Shown piece by piece: positions 59,001-64,000 of a stretch of DNA of 64,000 nucleotides (the stretch's first letter is position 1; each line of letters starts with the position of its first letter). The notes below the pieces were generated by a model. That model was not told the DNA's origin, ran no database searches, and worked only from the letters and a program-made list of their open reading frames with translations. The position numbers and the translations under genes are program-made. The stretch lies in contig CATNEN010000001.1 of assembly GCA_950097015.1 (NCBI GenBank), forward strand, positions 7,502,001-7,566,000. Reading direction: 5' to 3'. Source of the DNA: Macrostomum hystrix (Eukaryota > Animalia > Platyhelminthes).

Positions 59001-60431
59001 CGCCATTGCCTTCCATAGATAAAAGTGAAAATTTGTCAGATCATGCTCAAGTTTCTAAAGATGCTCAAGCTTCTAATGTTCGCTCATCATCCCCAATTGT
59101 ATTTTTTAATTGACCTTTCGAGCGTGTTTAAATAAAAGTTTTTTGTTAATTCGGTGCGTATTTAGGGAGCACGTTGGACCATTTGTAATGCGGTCGGAAA
59201 GTGTATTTATAGTTTAAAATCACCGAAGAATAAAATAACATTTAAAACATTTTTTGCAGCTATGTGTACAATATAAATTGAAACCAATCTGTCAAAAGCT
59301 AAACGTTTTTAAGGACCACCACCAATCGCATTGTCTTGTCTACCATGTATAAGAAACTTTTATCATCAATTGAAATGTCGCTGAGATTGTTCATTTATAT
59401 ATCTTCTTTAATAGGCTGAGTAGGTTCCTAGAACGTGGGGATATTTTCAGGTTTCAGTGTTAACGAGAGCACCAGAACAGTTAGAAAAAAGCCAGCTAAA
59501 ATGGACTCACCTCTGGTGGACTTGTCTCGCGAGTCTCGCGTCAGAAGGAGGCGTTTCACAGGGAAATCATATCTTCTCTGACGTCTGTCCCTCACCAGCT
59601 GAAGTGCAGCGAGAGTTGATAGTTGCCTAATTATCTTTTGCTCTGTCAGATTTCAGACATGAAAGCGAAGATTTACGTGGATTATCTAGAGATCATGTAA
59701 GTCGGAATTTAGGATCAAAAGATGAAATTGTGCGCTGAAATTGAAACTACTCATAAGTATCAGCAGGGCTTAAATAGCCTCATCTCTAAGTGAAAGGTGC
59801 ACCAAATAAAAAAGAGACCAATACAGATGTGCAAATATTTCTAATTTCACTAAGAAGCTGACTTGATGACCTAAACTACACAGAAATTTCCCCATATCTC
59901 TAATACGAGCCTATCTCTCATCATCCTCTGATCCTCTCCTTACTGTCCAGGTCCTCTTTGCATTCAATAATTTATTGATCTGGCTCTGCTGAGGGAGCTG
60001 GGGGGCAGCTGTGTGGGAGGTTGTGCCGGTATGTGTGTGTGCTCGTGTGAGCCCACTGCTCAACCTACAAGCTATTTGAGGACATCCAAGAGGCTGCATC
60101 ACTCTATCCTTACCTCCCTCGCTTTCCACACTGTATCCTGCATAACATCTCCATCCTCATTCACTCTCTCTCCCTACCCTCAGCTCATACTCTCATTCTG
60201 TCAGAAGCTGCATTACCTAGCTTAGGAGTGTCTCGCTCGAAACAGTTAATCCATCCACATCAGTGTTCCACGCATCCGTGTCTTTCTGTCTCATCTAGTT
60301 TCCCCTCTTAATGCAGCTTTCGTGTCGTTGTGACCGGAAAAGCTGCGCATGACAGATAGTTAAATATAGATTTGCTTGTAGCAGAGAGCGCTACTTACGT
60401 CATCAGCTCCGCCTTGCATTTGTTGTTGTTG

Positions 60432-60467
<36 letters not shown>

Positions 60468-62445
60468 TGGCAGAATGGGCTGGGGGTAGTCGTCATACTC
60501 GTGCAGCGGCGTTTTCTTTGAATAGGGATAATCATCTTTGAGAGCGGCTGAAAAAATCAAACGGGACATTGTTTTTTTCAACAGAAGACATTTCATGCTA
60601 ATCATTTTTCATTAGAAGTACTGAGATAAATATAGGTGAATCACAAAGAAAACATCAATTGTACTCACCAGTAGAGTGGGACGGAAGCTGCTGTTGCTGC
60701 CGATGGAAGTCCAGCAGCGGCATTGGCTGAATGGTGGCGCCCAGGGTCGGGTCGTAGAGTCCTGTGGCGCCAATTGGGTCCTGCATCAGCGGATGCTGCT
60801 GATGCTGCTGCAGAGAGTGCTGATGGTGCAGCATTTGATGGTGCTGATGATGCGCCCGCGATAGAGGCAGAGACTGCTCGTCGTAGGCAAAGGGCAGGAA
60901 GAACTCATCTGGCATCGGTTGCTGCTGCAGCTGATGCTGTCTTGTTATTGCGAAATCTGCGGCAGCTAGGTCGTCGTACGGATACGCAGCTGTTGCACCC
61001 GGAACAGCGTGATGATGATGAAGCGAATGATGCAACATCTGAGGATGCTGCGGTTCAAATGGCGCGTAGGTTGAAGCGGCTGCGGCTGCAGCGGCAGCCA
61101 TTGCCGCAGCTCTACTCTGGTGCTGCTGCTGCTGCTGGAGGCTGCTGTATCTCTGCATCTCTTCCTGATAGCGAATTGCTTCATCAATCTGACGCCTGCG
61201 TCGTTCGATCTCTCGCTCCAGCTGAGCTATTCGATTTTCCTTCTTGATTAGCTCGTAGTCGAAGTTTCTCAAGTTGAGAACGCCCGACTCGCTTTGCGAC
61301 TCGTCCTGTAGGTGATTATAGAATCTCTCGTGCGGATCCAAGCGACGCAGCTGGTCGGAGGACAGGGAGATGTTTCGGCTCGACTGCTGTTGCTGCAGCT
61401 GCAGATCGTAAGGATCAGGTTCGGGCTGAAGCGAGTGGTAGCCAGTATTTATTGTTTCAGCCCCACTGGCCGAATAATAGCCAGTTGATGAGGCAGACAC
61501 CTGATAATTGGGATGCTGTGCGGGGTGGTACTGGTGTGAAGGGTGATGCGAACTCCAGCCGGGCTCCATGGGAGATAAGGCCATCCGGTCGGTAATGCCC
61601 AGCCTGCCGGACGAGTGGCTGCGGGGCTGCATAATGGGTCTCGAATAGCTGCCACTGGCCGAGCGCTGCTGCTGTTGCATCATGAGGTGCTGCTGCTGCC
61701 TCGACCTGCCTCTTGGTAGTGATTCGTAAGCCGAGGTGGCAGCCGCGGCCGCTGAAGCCATGGAGCCTATCTGCGAGGTGCTATAGACTGGCATACCGGC
61801 GAGTTTCTCGCTGATGGCGCTCATCTGTGCCTGCTCCATGTGGCGAACACCTTCTAGTTGCTGTTCTAGCCAACGAATATCCTGGAGCTCGTTTAGCTGT
61901 TTGCGGCGTTCATGCGTGACCATGAGCAGTTCCTGGTTGAGCAGGGCCTTCTGGGCTCGAAGGTCGCGAGGGGCGTCTGGCGGTAGAGCGCCATACCTGG
62001 CTAGGCGTTGCTGCTGCTGCAGTTGCTGCTGGAGCTGCTGCTGCTGCTGCTGGCGTTGAAAACGATTAGCAATGTAGCGAGTGGCTGCTGGGGAGCTTGA
62101 GTGAGCCGCGGAAGTGGCTGCCGGTACACGGGGAAAATTGATGCTGTTCGGTGCTGAGGCTCCTCCTGCTGTAGCTACTGCAGCTGCTCCTGCTGCTGTG
62201 GCTGCAGCTGCGACAGCTTCGCGGCGTTTGATCGCCTCGAGCTGCCGATCAAGCTCCTGGAGCTGGCGCCTTTGCTGCTGCTGCGGTTGCTGCTGCTGCG
62301 GTTGCTGCTGCTGCGGTTGCTGCTGCTGCGGTTGCTGCTGCTGCGGTTGCTGCTGCTGCGGTTGCTGCTGCTGCGGTTGCTGCTGCTGCGGTTGCTGCTG
62401 CTGCGGTTGCTGCTGCTGCGGTTGAGCGGCAGGCTCGCACTTTGC
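47936..62445 (-). CDS. PCLO: Piccolo-like (Piccolo/RIM/Fife family) presynaptic active-zone protein, 3' 13 exons; 5' end outside the window or unidentified
   Basis: Phase-consistent GT-AG exons: 60669-62445, 60399-60547, 59511-59598, 58772-59009 (PDZ), 58492-58655, 56424-56669, 55653-56331, 55338-55519, 54268-54404 (C2A spans the last three), 52633-52696, 49599-49703, 48972-49199, 47936-48372 (C2B). YDFPVKRLLLTRDSRDKSTRGNGVGLIIVGG...EWNG...YEEVQ matches the Piccolo PDZ pattern. Confidence 0.82.
48750..48890 (-). mobile_element. Degenerate 5' fragment of the same SINE family
   Basis: AAGGGCGT...TGCACGAC...CCTCGCCACGGAGTCGAGCTC..CTTGGTGCGAG aligns with 33880-34000. Confidence 0.6.
51199..51482 (+). 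mobile_element. 3'-truncated copy of the 33.2-kb tRNA-derived SINE (intronic)
   Basis: Near-identical head GGTGGCAGAGCGGTTAACGC...AGTTCGATTCCACGGCGAGG. Confidence 0.88.
52885..53168. repeat. 24-bp intronic minisatellite
   Basis: GGTCGAGTTCATGGTCTAGTCTTT repeats. Confidence 0.93.
58772..59009 (-). CDS. PDZ-domain exon of the Piccolo-like gene
   Basis: GNGVGLIIVGG...GAFVKEIIAGS...GDEIVEWNG...YEEVQRIL. Confidence 0.9.
62275..62424 (-). repeat. Coding 15-bp repeat (QPQQQ x 10) in the Piccolo-like exon
   Basis: CTGCTGCTGCGGTTG x 10, in frame with ORF 60655-61923. Confidence 0.8.
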
Positions 62446-64000
62446 CTAGGTGTTAAAAGCGTTAAGAATTCGTACCGGCCTTGTTCTTTGAGTTGGCCAA
62501 ACTTTCTAGCGGGCCAGCTAATTTCAGCCCCCAAAACGGCTGGGGAATGTTTGGCATCAGAACTTCTCTTGCCGCAGCTCTCCTCTCTCCTCCTGTGATC
62601 CGGAACGTAAGTAGTAAGGTAGCCAGGATGCCGGGGAAAAGGGAGAGAGAGAGTTTGAGGGTAAGGAATGCAGGGAAAGGGGTGGGAGAACACGGACGCG
62701 GAAACGCAATTCTATCCTGAGAGACTAGAGCGGTATTGGTTGGTTTGATGGGCGGGGCCTTGCGTGAGAAGCAGAGAAGGGAGTTATGAGGATCTCGGTC
62801 TATTTACGGCCCACTAGGCGCACCGGGACGCGAACTGAGGTGGGACGAACAAGTTTGGGGTAGCTGTTGGACAGAGATGGAGAGAGTCAGTGCATCGATT
62901 CCTCACCGCTGTGTCGGGGTTTATCCCCCTTCTCTGACCCCTTCAAGCCTCTCCTCTATTCCCTTCACTCGTATCTCCCCTCCGCGTTGCCACCGGCCCC
63001 TGTACAAAGTCGTACCCTGGGCGTTTTCAACAGAGGCCGGGATTGAGGCCTTGGCAACTATTCAGGAGAACCGGAGAGAAAAATAGATGGCGATGGCTGC
63101 GAACTGGATGCCATTGGTTGGCATTGGAATCCAGTTTTACCTACCCGTTCCCCTAACTTGCTATTCAGTATTTTTGCTCAACATTTCCGTTCCTCGCTGT
63201 CCTGCTCCAATAGGTCAGTCAAAATTCTTTCCAAATCTTAGTCCTCATTTGAATTTCTCTGTTAGATGCAATGGCGGGCTCAAAGCCTAATCCGTTTCCC
63301 AGTGACAGCACGCACTCGCCATGAAGCAGAAGATTAGCTGGAGCAGGGGCGGGTACTCCTGGCTAAAATGAGAGGGAGGAGCCCGAGTTGAGTCTGCCTT
63401 TTTTAGCTCGTTCAAGTGAGGAAATCAGGGACGATGGCTCTTTGTCTTTCTATTCCACTTTCATTCTTCCCTCTTTTCACTGCCTAATCTATTTTCCCTT
63501 TTCCTCACTAATTTAGTCTCGCCTCAGGTCGACATTTTATGAGGCTGAAGATTAAAAGGTAGGGGGAGCAGGGCGAGCTAGACAAAGGCGGGTTCGAGAT
63601 TCGCTGTTTGAGGATGAAGGACGGATTTTCTCGTCAAGGGAGGAAACTTTTTTTTCGTCGGGACATGTCACCGCGAGCTGGGGCCGGGCCTGTGCTCTCA
63701 AGAGTTGCGAGGAAAGCAAGTGCCTTTCCTGACCTGCTTGCTCATGCCTCATTTTCCACCTGCAAGCCATCTCGCATTCTCTAGTCTCATATTCTCCTCC
63801 TGTCTCTCCATGGCTACTCAGGAAAAACAGGCTGGATGCGGGAGAGCAGAAGCCGCCAAGTCTTTTGGAAACTTTCGTCACCTTCCAGGGCGCGCGCGCG
63901 TGTGTGTTGTGTGTGAGAGGACCTTGAGCACTGAAGGGCATTACAGTTCTCAAAACCAAACTCTCCAGCTAGCTCCACACCTTGTCGACCTCGGGGGGGG

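Noticed and set aside
62450-64000. GC-richer segment with short ORFs, possibly a retroelement remnant
   Set aside because: No recognisable gag, RT or endonuclease motifs, and no terminal repeats visible.

Overview
Animal genomic DNA. Poly-Q-rich exons and introns packed with minisatellites suggest an invertebrate such as a Macrostomum-like flatworm (inference only). Bases 26-15693 are a complete, apparently intact Polinton/Maverick (adintovirus-like endogenous dsDNA virus). It has 691-bp terminal inverted repeats (TIRs) starting AGTAGT and a 6-bp target-site duplication (ATCTAA). It encodes integrase, protein-primed DNA polymerase B, adenain-type protease, packaging ATPase, major and minor capsid proteins, a parvovirus-type PLA2, an adenovirus pX-like core protein, a membrane protein with ESCRT late-domain-like motifs, and a coiled-coil fibre candidate. 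Its unusual non-coding features are a candidate RNA polymerase III unit (A box, B box, T5; VA-RNA-like) next to a hairpin repeat array, an internal copy of the terminal sequence bounding a compositionally distinct gene, and a small ORF inside the TIR. The other ~48 kb is host sequence: a two-exon zinc-finger gene, fragments of two or three minus-strand genes among about a dozen minisatellites, tRNA-derived SINEs (including an inverted pair), a SUMO-like-domain gene, hairpin-rich non-autonomous DNA elements, a Tc1/mariner deletion derivative, and the 3' 13 exons of a Piccolo-like PDZ-C2A-C2B gene.
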